Source of the DNA: Phallusia mammillata
Lineage: Eukaryota
Length of the DNA stretch: 64,000 nt
Direction of reading: 5' to 3'
Assembly (NCBI GenBank): GCA_965637545.1
Contig: OZ281498.1
Span: forward strand, 3,224,001-3,288,000
Shown: positions 10,236 to 23,700 of the stretch, piece by piece
How the letters are laid out: every line of letters starts with the position of its first letter
Numbering within the stretch: the stretch's first letter is position 1
Program-made: the position numbers and the translations under genes
The notes under the pieces: model-generated
Told to the model about the DNA's origin: nothing
Database searches by the model: none
The model's input: the letters and a program-made list of their open reading frames with translations, nothing else

Positions 10236-13200
10236 TTACCGCTGGTTTTCAACATTTTGTGGAATGTATACTGGTGTTTTAGGCAGACACATAGGTTCTT
10301 TTTCTTCAATAATATCTGCTGCTTTTTCGGCAATCATGATTGTTGGGGCATTGAGGTTCCCGCTGACTACACTGGGCATTACAGAGGCATCAACAACTCT
10401 GAGATTGTTTACTCCAATGACCTAAACAAATAAATATTAAAATCAGTGTTTTATAGCATTTTTTTTGTGGTGCTTATTTGAAAAATTAAAAAAGTTTCTA
10501 CAGACTATTTGAAAAAGTTTTTTTGGGGGTACAAAATACACACTAAAATAATGTCAGTAATCATGCAGTATGCTTGCATTTATGTGACCATGATATCCCC
10601 ATATTCAGGCTGGCATCTACGTATGGTTCACATTTTTTAATACTTAAAAAACTAATCACAAGAAGATGCTAAAATTCACAGCAAAATAAGCCTTCCCAAT
10701 ACCTGAACTTGTTAAAACTAGGGCAAGTCAGTACATTTCTCAATAAAAAGCAGTCATATTCACAAAGCTATTGTCTTTTTAACAAGCAGTATGGCTTAAC
10801 ACATACATAATTATGGCCCTTTTTGAACCAATTTCATTTTTCCGCTACTAATTTATCATCAAGTTTATATGTAACCTTAAACTGTTTGAAAGTGTGAGCT
10901 ATTTTATACAGCCACCATTAATGCTTCTGCGGTCATTAGTTTATTGAAAATTCCATTAACATTATCTCCAAAAATAGCCATACTCAATGCAAGCAGATCA
11001 CCATAACTAACTAATGCTCATGTAAGACAGCACAGAATTTTTACTTCATGAGCTAATTGAGTAACTGCTGGGGCTATTGGGTCAAACAAAACAGATATTT
11101 TATGTACATGACTATATCTACCAGCTGTGAATGCCAAAAGTGCATGAACAAACTCCACCAATGAAAAAAATCAAAATGGACAATTCTTAATATATTGCAA
11201 GTATAGCAGCCCAGCCCATAACCCAAGTTAACTCACAAACAATGTGAGTACATGATATTTGACCCAAAGTTACCTGTATACCATATTTACCTGATTATAG
11301 GCCACGGCGTATATTGTTTTTTTACCTGCCATTTGTGTTGTTTATAATCGGGGGCAGCTTACATTTTAATTTTATACTGATATTATTTCTACACTCCAAC
11401 TTGTTAAACCATTTGGGGTTCAACATTTGTATGCATATACAGATTATACGTCGATATACATTCTGTTTGGTACAGTTATCAATGTAACTAGCAAAAATGG
11501 GCAAATAGTTAAACTAAGTAAAAACAGAAATATGTATTGTGAAACAATAGTATCTAACATCTCAGAGTGCGGCTTGCAATTGATGCTGGTTTACATTATA
11601 ATTTATAACCTCAACATGTAACTTACAATCCAGGGCAGCTTATAAATGAGGGCGGGTTACAATCGAGTAAATGGGGCACCAAAGAAAGTAGTTTATGGAT
11701 AGCAGCATTTGAGTAATTATGTTTATCATAAAAACAACAGCAGCTGTTTGATAAAAGTCGGTACAAAAACATTTTGTGTCAAATCCTCATGCCTTTTTGG
11801 TTTATTTACAATTTTAAATAAAGATGTGTAACAAACCACCTTCAACTGTGGGTCAACAACTGCCATGGGATCATCAGTGGATCCCATCTTGCAAGTACAT
11901 GATGGGTGGTAAGCACTGTCACACTTTTCTCTCACAAATGCATCGAGTTCGTCATCTGATTGGATCTGATAAAATGGAGTTACATCGGAATAAAACAAAA
12001 TTCAATCGAAATATTTAAAAAAATGGACATTCTATCTTTATTCCATTAACAGATTTTAGACCGGGTAGTTACCACAACCACCTTGTGTTCACAAGGATGT
12101 GGGATTTAAATCAGCCTTTGCCACACATGATGTACTAGGAAATTCAAGTAGCATTGCTACAACTCATAGGTTGAACTACATTAAGTTACCAACTTCCCCA
12201 GGCATTGCCAATTTTACCAACTTCCCCCGAGGATAAAAATTACACAAATAAACAAGACTAACACTTACTATTTGTGATATAAAGCCTTTCAACACTTTTT
12301 ATGTGAAAATAACAAAATTTAAATTTGTAAAATTCAACACTTTTTATGTGAAAATTAACATTTAAGAACAAGTCATTTAATGTGTTAGTTCTTTAAGGTT
12401 TAAGCACACTGCAGCCTATATGGTGGTATTAGGTTCATTTCAGAGATTTACTTGTTTTCCGGGCTGAAACTCTTCGCCACGAAATTCATCAAATGCAGGC
12501 TGTTGGAATATTTCTCTAGTCAACTTTACACTTTCACGTAATTCCCACCGATCTGACTCTGCAAAAAAATACAAGACATTTGGTCACTACATGATGTGGA
12601 TGCGAATAGAGATTAGCTGTAGTTGCTGTAACCAGACATGGGGCAATTCGTATTCGTCATTCGTATTCGAATGCAGGTTTTACCACCTTCCTGCTGTATT
12701 CGAATGATTTTGGCTTTCATTCGATAGTGCATGAATACAATTCGAATTGTTGATGTTAATTTTTGAGTAACAATTCATGAATACAAAAGCTTGAATTAAT
12801 TCATTCGAATACAATTCGAATTGTTGTAGGTCTTTGACAACTTAAGAATTTGCAAATTCGAATACACGATAATTTTTTACGAATACAATTCGAATTGTTG
12901 TCGGCCTTCGGCAACGTAACAATTCGTAAAATCGAATACATGACTACATTTTTACGAATACAATTCGAATTGTTGTCAGTCTTTGGCAACGTAACAATTC
13001 GTAAAATCGAATACATGACTACATTTTACGAATACAATTCGAATTGTCAATTACCTCCAGACTAAGAGTAATCGAGAATATGTTGCCACATATTTTTGCC
13101 AAATAGATTCGAATACAATTCAAATTGACAATGATCTGTGACCTGATTTGACAAGTTTTGTTTATGTTATGAAACAATGACACATAGGAGTTTGTCTGTG

Positions 13201-16200
13201 ACGTTACATAAATGGAATTGTGTTATAAAACTTGCAACATTAGTTTGTTCTCAGCACATAGCGTGTTTATGAAGCAAAAATCACATGTTAATTACATCAG
13301 TCAAGCTAATGTGGCAAAACAAAGCTCATTGGTTTACATTTTCACCAATAAATTTGCAATTCATAAACCCAAATGTTACTTTTTGTTCGAATACCATTTG
13401 AGTTTCGGGGCGCTTTTATTTCTTTTATTTTCCACAACTATGAATACCCGAATCGTGCATTCGAATGCTATTCGAATTGTTGGCCTCTTACAACGACTGA
13501 ACAATTCGTGAATACAAATAACTAGAACTATTATTTCGAATACAATTCGAATTGCTACATCTGAAAAGGAAGGAAGTATTCATGAATACGAGTACACACT
13601 TGGGGTTTATTCGAATAGTATTCGAATTACACGTTGTTGTTTTTTGGTCAACTATTCATGAATACAAATACTTGAACCGTCTTATTCGAATACAATTTGA
13701 ATTGCTGTCACCTTAACATTACGAAACAATTCGTGAATACAAATGCTTTACTGGCATTATTCGAATACAATTCGAGTTGCTGAAATTCAAAAAGAGTGTA
13801 AGTATTCATGAATACGAATACATGGTTTGGTTTATTCGAATAGTATTCGAATGACATGTCGTTGTAGTTTGGTCAACAATTCATGAATACAAATACTTGA
13901 CTCGTTTTATTCGAATACCATTCGAATTGCTGTCACTCAAAAATCACCAAAGTATTCATGAATTCGAATACAGTCATGCAGGTATTCGTAAAGTATTCGA
14001 ATACAGGACGCGTGTATTCGACCCCATGTCTGGCTGTAACATCCATTATTTAAAACTGTAATATCCGTCAACACCCTGAGTATAGAAACAGTGACAAAAA
14101 AACTTGTTTTTGCCTAATGATCAAACTTGACCTGGGACTAACATTTCCTATGAAGCAACACTTATAACTTACTTAATCCACCATACTTAACTGATAAGCT
14201 CAACTAGCACAAGAAATATTTGTTTACACAAACCTGTCTCCAAGTAATTTGGCTCAATAATTGGATGAACATTAGGGTCCCTTGATTGAAGTTTTAGCCA
14301 ACCCTTGCTTGTTGCTCGTAAACTTCCTACATGAACTTGAAAAGCATGACATTCTGATGCTTTTCTGCCATGGTCAATAACCTAAACAATATTCATTCAT
14401 TTATTTCATTTCGTTCGCGCGCAGTAAGTAATCAGTTACGTACATTCAAATAACAATGACGGAAACAAAAATGGATCAGCTGGAGCTACTAGTGGCCATT
14501 GCAAGTAGCTGACCCTATCTATTTAAATGGTTAAATTTGATACTTTTAAACAAGGAATAAACAAGGATATTTTTGTAACATGAAATGAATTTTTTTACAA
14601 CAAAGTGTTTGAATTGTCTTACTTGTGAAGGAAGAAAATGGAATTGAATATCTGGATGGGTCAAACCACCTTTGCTTCTGATAAAACCACCAGCACACAA
14701 GTGAGATGAGGCACCAAGGCCTGTTTGCTTAGTAAGCCACTCCAAGCCAATTTTAACCATGTTGAATGGCTGTTGGGCTGAGTACAGTGTAATAGGCTGA
14801 AAAATTGAAATTATTTAGGTTTTGCATGAAAAGTTGCTGTTACAAATGTATTACTATGAAAATCAATCATTTAAAGTTGTCATTTACTAATATATGTATA
14901 TATCCAATTATACTTTAAAAACGAAGCTTTACATGCACACAAAGGAATATCTATAACTACTGTTGTTTACTGTTTTAAAGTATTCATGCTACTTGTGTCT
15001 CTTAAAAAGTATGTTTGCATGATAGAAAAAGTACAAAAAACATATGAAAGTTAGTGCTACAAATCAACATGCACTACAGAAAACCTTCTTGCACTTATGC
15101 TGAACATAAAGTTCTAAATGATCCTGCAGGTTCTGGCCAACACCAGGTAGGTGTGCAACAGTTGGAATGTCCAACTTTTTCAGATCATCAGCATCACCTT
15201 GCCATGCATGAAGAGGAAAAAAAGTGAAAAAATATGAAAACAAAAACTGGTGTTTAATCGTATGCCACTTCAGTCCAAAGTGATTGAGTTAAAAAGAGGT
15301 GTTAATACATCAAGCATATCACAAGCATGCAGTTGTGTTGTTTACTTTGCGAGGAAAAGAAAATATCACACAATGAAAAGAAAAGCAAAAAAACAAACAT
15401 TAACGCCAAAAACTGAACTCACCCAAACCAGATAGCATAAGAAGTTGTGGTGAATTAATTGCTCCACCACATAAAATTACTTCACTGGAGGCAAAAACCT
15501 GCTTTACTGTGCCACTTTGAATGTACTCGACACCGATTGCATTTAGGCCATCAAACAAAACCTTGTTTGCTAAACAATTGACCTGCTCAAAACACCAAAT
15601 GACAAAAAATGGGTTACAAAAGATACTGTTATATTTCCATGAAAAAGAAACATACACTTTTTCACAAATAATTATGTGACAATAAAAAGCGGTCCCATAG
15701 TACAAAATTTTGTGTAAAAGAGGTCATTTTTTGTACACATATACAAAAAGCATGTACCATAAAAGTGTGTTGACATTGTGAAAGACTACTGTATACATTA
15801 CAGATGCAAAAATTTACCTCAGTATGAAGATTAGGGCGGTTGAGGGCTGGTCGAAGATATGCAGATGCTGTGCTCCAACGCTTTCCTTCATGCACAGTCA
15901 TGTCCATTTTTCCAACACCCTCTTGTTGAAAACCATTCATATCTGAAGTGAGAGGGTAACCTGCTTCTTGCCCAGCTTTCAAAAAAGCTTGAAACAAGGG
16001 ATTTTCTTGAGTTCCTTAAAAGTAAATGACAAAAAAACATCAAAAATATGAACACTTGGTAAGAAGGACAAAATGTAATTCTTACCAACAGACACATGTA
16101 ATGGCCCATTTCCACCGCGATATGTGTCTTCACCTAATTCATGAGTCTGTGCCTTTTTGAAGTATGGTAGTACTTCATCATATGACCAGCCTTTGGCACC

Positions 16201-17346
16201 CTCTGACACCCAACGATCATAATCAAAGGCATGGCCTCTTATATACACCATTGCATTCAATGATGATGATCCTCCCCATACCCGACCTCTAGGCCAATAC
16301 ATTATTCTGTTGTTGACATGCTTCTGTGGCGTTGTGTTATAGTACCTGAAGCAACAGGGTTTGTAGAGAAGGGAAACAATGTCATGTTTCGTACTGCTTT
16401 TTATGCAACCTTTCTAAATTTGATTCAAAAATTTTAACATTACCAGTTATATTTGCTGTTGCACAAATTGTAAGTTAAAGCAGCAGGCATGTGAATTTTC
16501 CATGACAAGAGGAGTGAATTTAAAACTCGATCTTTTGGACCAGCTTCCAACAGCAGAACTCTGTTATTAGGATTTTCAGTCAGTCGATTTGCAAGTACAC
16601 AACCTGCTGAACCTGTTAATATTAATCAGCTACAATTAATGCAAATAGGGTAAACAGTTAAAATACACTGATGTGGATGCGTGCATAGTCCATCACATTT
16701 TTTTCAATCAGAACCAACAATGAAATAGTATTCCAAACGGTACAGTCACATGTAGTTACAATTTTGTGTGTATTCTTTCCAAACCTACCCAATGAGCCTA
16801 AACCTATCCAGCAGTGCTTTGGTGGTTTATTAAAATGACAAACTCCATCTTTTCCCAACATTAGCATCAGTTTCTGAGTCTGCTTTATTGGTCACCTCAA
16901 TGTACACCCCAATAACAATGCACGAACCACAGTCACATAATGCCTGCAGCACATTTAGCCCATTGTGTTCATTATATTGCGCTTTGTAGCGGTTTGGTGT
17001 TGCACAGCTGTTTTCAGCTTATTGGACGCATTATACATAACTTTTGCTTATCAAGTGAAATTAATTTTACATGTTACTGATTCAGGTCAATGTTGTCCCT
17101 TTTTGTTCTCAAAAAATATGAAATACTTCAGCAATGACTGTTTTGGCTATAAATTTTGCTAGCACCGGATTGACACACTGATGGAAATAATAGTCATCTA
17201 AAAAACATTTACCAACGAAACAAAAATAAACAATGGCAAAAAACCCTACCTGCTCCAACAATAACATGTGTATGTTCGCCGCTTGCACTTGAAAAGGTGG
17301 AAGCATTTTGGTTCCTTAAAAGGCGGATAAAATTGTTTTTGAACAT
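10236..17346 (-). CDS. CHDH: Choline dehydrogenase, mitochondrial (GMC oxidoreductase), 578 aa, 11 exons
   Basis: Exons 17250-17346, 16444-16612, 16086-16345, 15818-16014, 15423-15582, 15085-15197, 14623-14796, 14234-14381, 12452-12558, 11840-11965, 10236-10421 total 1737 nt in frame. FAD motif [16 protein letters not shown]; [21 protein letters not shown]; [11 protein letters not shown]; [18 protein letters not shown]; [11 protein letters not shown]; [16 protein letters not shown]; N-terminal presequence-like [13 protein letters not shown]. Confidence 0.95.
11279..11673. mobile_element. Degenerate Tc1/mariner(pogo)-like MITE remnant in a CHDH intron
   Basis: Left end TACCATATTTACCTGATTATAG and right end TTACAATCGAGTAAATGG are imperfect inverted repeats; repeated GGCAGCTTA(C/T)A-type subterminal motifs. 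Heavily decayed. Confidence 0.4.
12633..14032. mobile_element. 1.4-kb non-autonomous hAT element with ATTCGAAT arrays (CHDH intron)
   Basis: Perfect 11-bp TIRs CAGACATGGGG / CCCCATGTCTG; perfect 8-bp TSD GCTGTAAC (12625-12632 and 14033-14040); dense (A)TTCGAA(T) motifs; internal 74-75-bp tandem unit at about 12876-13050. Confidence 0.93.
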
Positions 17347-18104
17347 TTTTTACTCCTGTAAATAAAAACGTTTTTCAAGAAAGAACCGACGAACACTGGA
17401 AAATCGAAATAAAGCAACGGGGCTTTCCCGGCAATGAAAACATAAAATCAATGATCCGTTACGTCTGTTCTGTACATCTGCGCTATGCTCAGTTAATTCC
17501 ATGAAGCATGAAAAATCCATTTAAAACGGTGTATCCCTAAAAATGTTGTCGTATATTCAACTCTTTGCACCACCTATCAAACTTATGCTGTATCTGGACC
17601 TGACGTGTCAGCAGCTCAACCATAAAACTTATTTTTTGGTCTTTTGTACTTGCTCCTGTTTTCTGAATAGAAAGATAAACTCTCCTTTAAGGTTCCTATA
17701 ATGCAACGGTCCCATACTCCTTACTTACGTATTTTTCCCTCGAGGCCCCTAAGCATGTCAAATCTACTCTTCGATCGGTAAAAATATCTTAGACCCAGAT
17801 TATTTGTACGACGACGCAATTAGACCTAATTAAGTTCCCACTCAAACAAAAGTCGTGTTTTCTTTACCTTGAAAATCACAAACCAAAATACATTTTGCAA
17901 ACTGGCATAAAACGGGTTGCTCTGTTTGCCATCAACGAAAACTCGCGTAGAGCTTTGAAACAGTTTGACACGAAGAAAAAAAATCGGTGGCGAAAGACCA
18001 CTTTGCATCTTGTAGAGAGTTTAGATGCCTTTTTCTGTTCATTGAATTAAGCAATCATCTCAAAATAATCTAAGTACTCTTGTCTAGGACATGTTACACA
18101 CATC

Positions 18105-18335
18105 CAGAGGTGTGCGGCCCGCCAGCCAAATGCGGACCTTTGAATAGGGGTTGGTGGCTTGCAGAAATAGGTGTGTCCCGCTAAACTTTTAGACTAATAG
18201 GCTACTTTCACGACCTTAAGTTAGTTTAGAATTAATTGCGAATTTACTTTAATTTAATAGACCGCAATTAGTACGAATTAGTACGCAAGAAAGTAATTAA
18301 GTACACTTTTCTTAAATATAAGTGTGGTCCCGGTC
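18105..18335. mobile_element. Decayed hAT MITE fragment
   Basis: CAGAGGTGTGCGGCCCGCCAGCC resembles GGCCCGC-type hAT subterminal motifs; no TSD found. Confidence 0.3.
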
Positions 18336-19648
18336 TTATCATGCTAAGTGTATTTGCTCATCATTGATAAATGTTGCATAGGTTGTATCTTTGCACAAAA
18401 CCTACGAATTACTCGATTGCAACTTATTTGGCCACGTATTTGGCTCAATGTAAAAGGTGTTTCATTTTTTACCGATCATGTTTATAGCATGCTACTAGCA
18501 GCTACCAACCACATTGCGACCACTAGGCCTACTTCGTATTTAGACTATAGCAATTAGCCCAATGAGTGTTCTTTTAACAACTGACGAGGCAGCTGGATTG
18601 GTCAGCGACTAAACAAGAAACGATCAACCCAATAAATTTAAGTATTTTCTTGTAATTATCAAAAATACCTGCAAAAAAATATCTCGAGTCATCATTCATA
18701 CATTCATTCGAAAACGACCGTATTAGCCTTTACCGGCGTAATCGTGTACAATTGCGTTATGAAACGAGGCTTGTATTTATTATATGATCGTTAGATATAA
18801 CCCCTGTCCCACACTTTTAGTAAAGAAAAACAGCGATCCCAATACCATGTCAGTATAGGTAGGCTAAGCTATAACCTTCTTAATGAGTTCGTGCAATAAG
18901 TACAAAACTTGCCATAAAATTGCTTTATGGTTCCAACATGTCCTACTATTTTTGTTCGAAATGCCAATATAGGTGGTCTTTGCGTAGCAATGTAACAGAA
19001 TATTTCACCACTTGGAACTATAAGCAAGTTAGGCCTACATTTTTATGCGGTCGCTTTCTTGTTGCAATGCGCTCAAAACAATTTGTAGGCTAGTTGAAAA
19101 TTGAAATAAAGAAAATTAATTTTCGCTCAGGGCATTGCTATGCATAAGAAGGTTTGCTTTTCCGAAGAAATTTAAGAGAACGTTGTATTAGCTTATAGAC
19201 ATCATGGGGTATAGCTGGACAGGACGATTAATTAGACCTCTCAGATTAATTCATTCAACTCAAAATTTTCAGCGTTCAACAACCCACATACCTCACCCAG
19301 ACATGTAATTTGTTGACTTGTAGAATCCACCGACCTCAATCTACCTGCTTGTTATTTGCTTACAAGCCTATGTCAAAACACAAACAGGGCAAAGGTCGTT
19401 TTAATTGCAAGCGTCATGGGACTGTTTGTCTCCAGAAGGACGAAGTTTAAAGAAAAGCGGTGCCAGCACTTCTGTCAAATTCGCTGGATGACTGTTACTG
19501 CGGCACGTTTTTTTGTGAAGTGTTGTGTTGTTCCCAACGAATGGCATACTTTTTGCGAATGTGGTTGAGAGTACAAGGAAGGCGCTGCGCACACGTCGGG
19601 TCTGGAATTCAGAAGGCAATATTATTGCGTTGTTTCGATTACCGAAGA

Positions 19649-19949
19649 ATGAACAATTGGATTGCGATTCCTGTCCTTATTGTTTTGGCACTACTAGTTC
19701 TTTTTTCAGCTCAAAGGTGTTCAAGTAAGCGTTTCTATTAAACTTTTTGCTATATTTTGGGCGTTTTACTGCAAAATCTGCTTGACAGACAGTCAACCTC
19801 TACAAAGTTTTGTGGATACGACAGACCGCAACCAAGAGGTATGAATAAGTTCATGTTATTGCGGTGCATTTGCTGTGAAATAGGCTATGTTTGGAACAAA
19901 GCTTTTGCAGACGCACCAACATCCATTAACACGTTTCCTGTCTGTATGA
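19649..19949 (+). CDS. Candidate small secreted peptide precursor (54-63 aa), 3 exons
   Basis: Exon 1, 19649-19724, encodes MNNWIAIPVLIVLALLVLFSAQRCS (signal-peptide-like) followed by donor GTAAGC. Exon 2 is 19789-19838 with donor GTATGA. Exon 3 starts at 19911 (TTTTGCAG) or 19884 and ends at TGA 19947-19949. Frame is preserved across both introns. AATAAA at 20153. No homology recognised. Confidence 0.42.
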
Positions 19950-20792
19950 GCCAGAAACTAACAAAAGTTTGGACCGTCTTACAAATATTAGAGATGTCTA
20001 TGAAGCGCTTTATTTTTTGCGTTAATTAGCAAATGTTTTAGAGACTTCATAACAGTTTGAAGAATGGCTTATAGCTGTTTACAATGACAGCCAAACACAA
20101 CATTGGAAACGTATGCTGTTTTTTCCTGCAGTTTCCAGCCAATGGGCCAACCAATAAAATATGAATCCCCTTGGGCAATCATGGCGCAACGATTTGTTTT
20201 TGACTCAAGCTCGCTACCGAAAAGTGCTGAATCAGATAGTCGATGACGTAAACATCTTTTGTTAAAACAACCTGTAGCGGATAGAATGTTTTGTAGGCAA
20301 TACACTAAAGTGGGCAATACACTGACCTAATTGAGCATAACGACCCGTGAACGTTTAAAGGGCCGGTCAGTGCAATAAACAAATGATTTTTGTATTAGTT
20401 AAATAAGTGGAATTACCATTACGATAAGTTAAAAGCAGGGGAATGTGTTTGTCTTAGTAGGCCGACACAACACCTAAAACGTTGTGCTTCAGTGGTTCTA
20501 ACAGCTACTAATGTCAATCATCGTTATTTCTTGTCTTGTCTCAACTTTTTCGTCTCGTTGTGTTTTTTTTTACTATTTTAATTAGTTATGGATTGAGGTA
20601 TTGTTGGTTAACTAAACAAACAGCGTTTTTCAGTAAATTTATTCCGGATTCTATATTTAAATAAAATGCACCAGAGCTCACTGAATACGCAACATATTTC
20701 ACAATATCAGATTGACCGCGGATGCACTGATGAACTTAGATAATTGCAGTTTTTAGAGTTTACATATTTTATTATTCTAGGGCAACAGAAAA

Positions 20793-23700
20793 ATGGCAAG
20801 CAGCACTAAAGTCGATTGCTCTGACAAGAAAGCTATGTTTTCTATCACAAACATGTCAAACCTGTTTCAAAAATGTGCGAAATCGGACAAAGCACAGCAA
20901 GTTGAAATGGATCTCTATCTAGATGCCTGGGAAGAATTGATCAGGTAAGATATTTTTGAATTTGTTAGATATCGCTTGGTCAAACTTTGTTTATCACTTT
21001 TTATTTTAGTGTACCTTATCTAGTTAATTTAAAAGCGGTGCAGTTCTTTATGTAATTTGGTACTGTATGTGCAAGAACTGCCTAAGAAAGAAACTGCAGA
21101 AAAATTGCTCTCACTGGTCTGTGTACATTGAACAATGCTATTGCAGGGAATGCAAATAATTGCTTTAAACTGATCAAACCGATAATCATATGTTTGTTTG
21201 TTTCATTTTTGTCACATCTGGGCATGTTTTTTGGGAGGCTGAGGAAAACACACAAGTGCCAAGATCAATGGGAACTTACACCTTGTTACGCTAACCATTT
21301 GGCCATTTTGGGAAGAATATAAATTCTTTGAGTTATTGTACTGGTAGTTTTGTAAAGCACAAAACTTTGGCAACGTATAAGACATTGTGGCACACATGGA
21401 ATGATTTGTGTGTCATTTTTAGTCAAGTAGCATGTGCTTACTTCCTAAAGTTTGTTGATGTAAAAAAAAACTTGAAGGAAATCAAACAAATTACTATAGA
21501 TTAAGAAACAATTAATTTTGGTAATTAATGCATTTTGGTAAATGGTAATGCATATGACCGATCGTACCAGTTGGGAAGTGTAGTGTTGTGTTTTTTTGCA
21601 AATATTGATGATGATGAGTGTCATACCTCTGTTGAAAACTTATCTCGGTAACTGCATCAACAATTCATAGTGTGCTTTGTTTGCAGATTTTTGAATTCAA
21701 TGGGTAAAGCATTTACGTTTGTGAGCTCAGATGTGGTTGACAAGGTTGGAATTTTGCGGGATTTTCGGAAATCAAATGAGGGCAAAAACTATGCCACAAT
21801 TGAAGAAATGATGTCATATGAAAAGAAAAATGATCTGATAAACTACAAAGATGCACCATCAAAAAAGGTAATTATTGATTCCTGTTTTGGACAGTTTGTT
21901 GCACTTATAGGCCAGTCTGCAGAACATGGCATTTCCCGACGAGATCTCGTGCGTGTAGGACCTACATGTCCGGCGTGCGCGACCCGTAAGTTCACGTGCA
22001 AGACCAATTTCAGCAGGCGCAAAGCAGGTAAAAGAGGTCAAGACAGCCCAAGTAAATGCCTTTGGTGCAACATTTTCATGTGCAAACCCCAAATCTTGGC
22101 GTGCAAAAATTTTTTTTCAACAAAAATTTGCGCATGCAGTTGCCACACTCTGCAGACTGGCTTATAGGTGCTGATTAATGTGTTTCCCCCTGTAACTCCT
22201 ATATATATATTTACCCCACTAACCCTATAAAGTTGGTAATTTTTTTTACAATACCTGGGTGAAATGAAGTTTTGACAGTTTGTATAGTATGCCATTTTGA
22301 GTTTTGTAGCAATGTCTGAATTGCATGAGATTTGGACAGTTTGTACTTTACATCACATGATAATTCAAGGCACAGTACTGATCACAACCACTTTATACCA
22401 CATAAGTTTCTTTTAGTTACTTCTTGAAATGCATCATTTTCAACCTTTTTTAGTTTTTGGGACCCATGAGTTTCTGCCTGCAGAATCAAATCAAATTATA
22501 AAAAATGTTAGCTAATATGGGACCCAATACAAAATAAACATGGGAAATAAATTAACATTTCAAAATAGGTTATAGTGTATGTGCTATAGCAAAACGTATT
22601 AAGCCACCCTTCTGGTTTCAGTGTAACATCTGGTTTATGTTTGTGCAAAGTACTTGTTTATGAGCTGAAAATGTGACAAAAACGTTTGTTTCATGTTTTA
22701 AAAACAGGTCAAAGCCTCTGGATCAAGAACACTCCTCAGGTTGCACCGGGCTTTAAAATTCCTTTTAATTCTTATTGGTAAACTCGCCAGAAATGAGGAT
22801 GATGGGAAGGTGTCTGTAATGGGATACAATGCCTACCACGCCTCTCCGATGTCCAAGTAAGAAGTGGTCTTCAAGCTGTTTTGTGCAAAATAATAAGAAC
22901 GGGACAGAACCAATCCTTTTGTAATAGGTATCATCCATGGATTGTTCAAAAAGCTGTAGGTGTCGCTGTATACATGTTGCCAGATCGTGAAACCTTTATC
23001 AAACAAATGTGTCAAGACCTATCAAGGGAGGAAATAGAGTCGACCATGGATGTTTGCTCACAAAGCATGGATGCAGTGTTTGAATATTCTGAAGCACTTT
23101 ATAGGTTTGTATTCTGGGGTTTATTCGAATGAGGTCTAATTAAGTGTCTGATATCTTCCCAACATGGCTTTGAGACCATTCTTTCATTTTCAAACGAGCT
23201 TAAAAATTGTTTATAGACCTCTAAGATCGCAAATAATAATCTAAAAGTTATAAGCAGCAGCTGACAAGGTGTTTTTGTTATTAAACTTTTTTCATGATGG
23301 TTATAGTTTAGAATATCGCCCACAATTGTAGTGTGATATATTGTAGGACTAAGTTTGTAGGTGGTGACATGGCCCAGGTTAAGTTTTGAGTTTTGGTATG
23401 GATATTACTCAAACAGTCTTTGTTAAAAAGCTGTATTTGTGGAAAGATAACCACAATATATTATTACTATCACATTATATAGCATTTGCTGGGAAGTCAA
23501 ACAATCGGTGTAGTCACTCTTTGACAAAATTACACCTGGCGTTACAGTGCCCACATATTTAAAGAAATTAAAACCTATGTTGGATAACTTATACTTTAAC
23601 ATGTGATATACACTTGTATAAACTTTCAACCGTGTCCCACTTGTTGTGACTTGGTTTGTCGATTTCGCAAGTACACAGTTTTAACTATGTTTACAACTGG

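Noticed and set aside
12801-13065. ORFs with a repeated 25-aa unit
   Set aside because: Translation artefacts of the 75-bp tandem repeat in the transposon.
12660-14020. CRISPR-like array of short palindromic repeats
   Set aside because: No constant repeat with unique spacers and no cas genes; the context is a eukaryotic intron, and the repeats lie inside a TIR/TSD-bounded hAT element.
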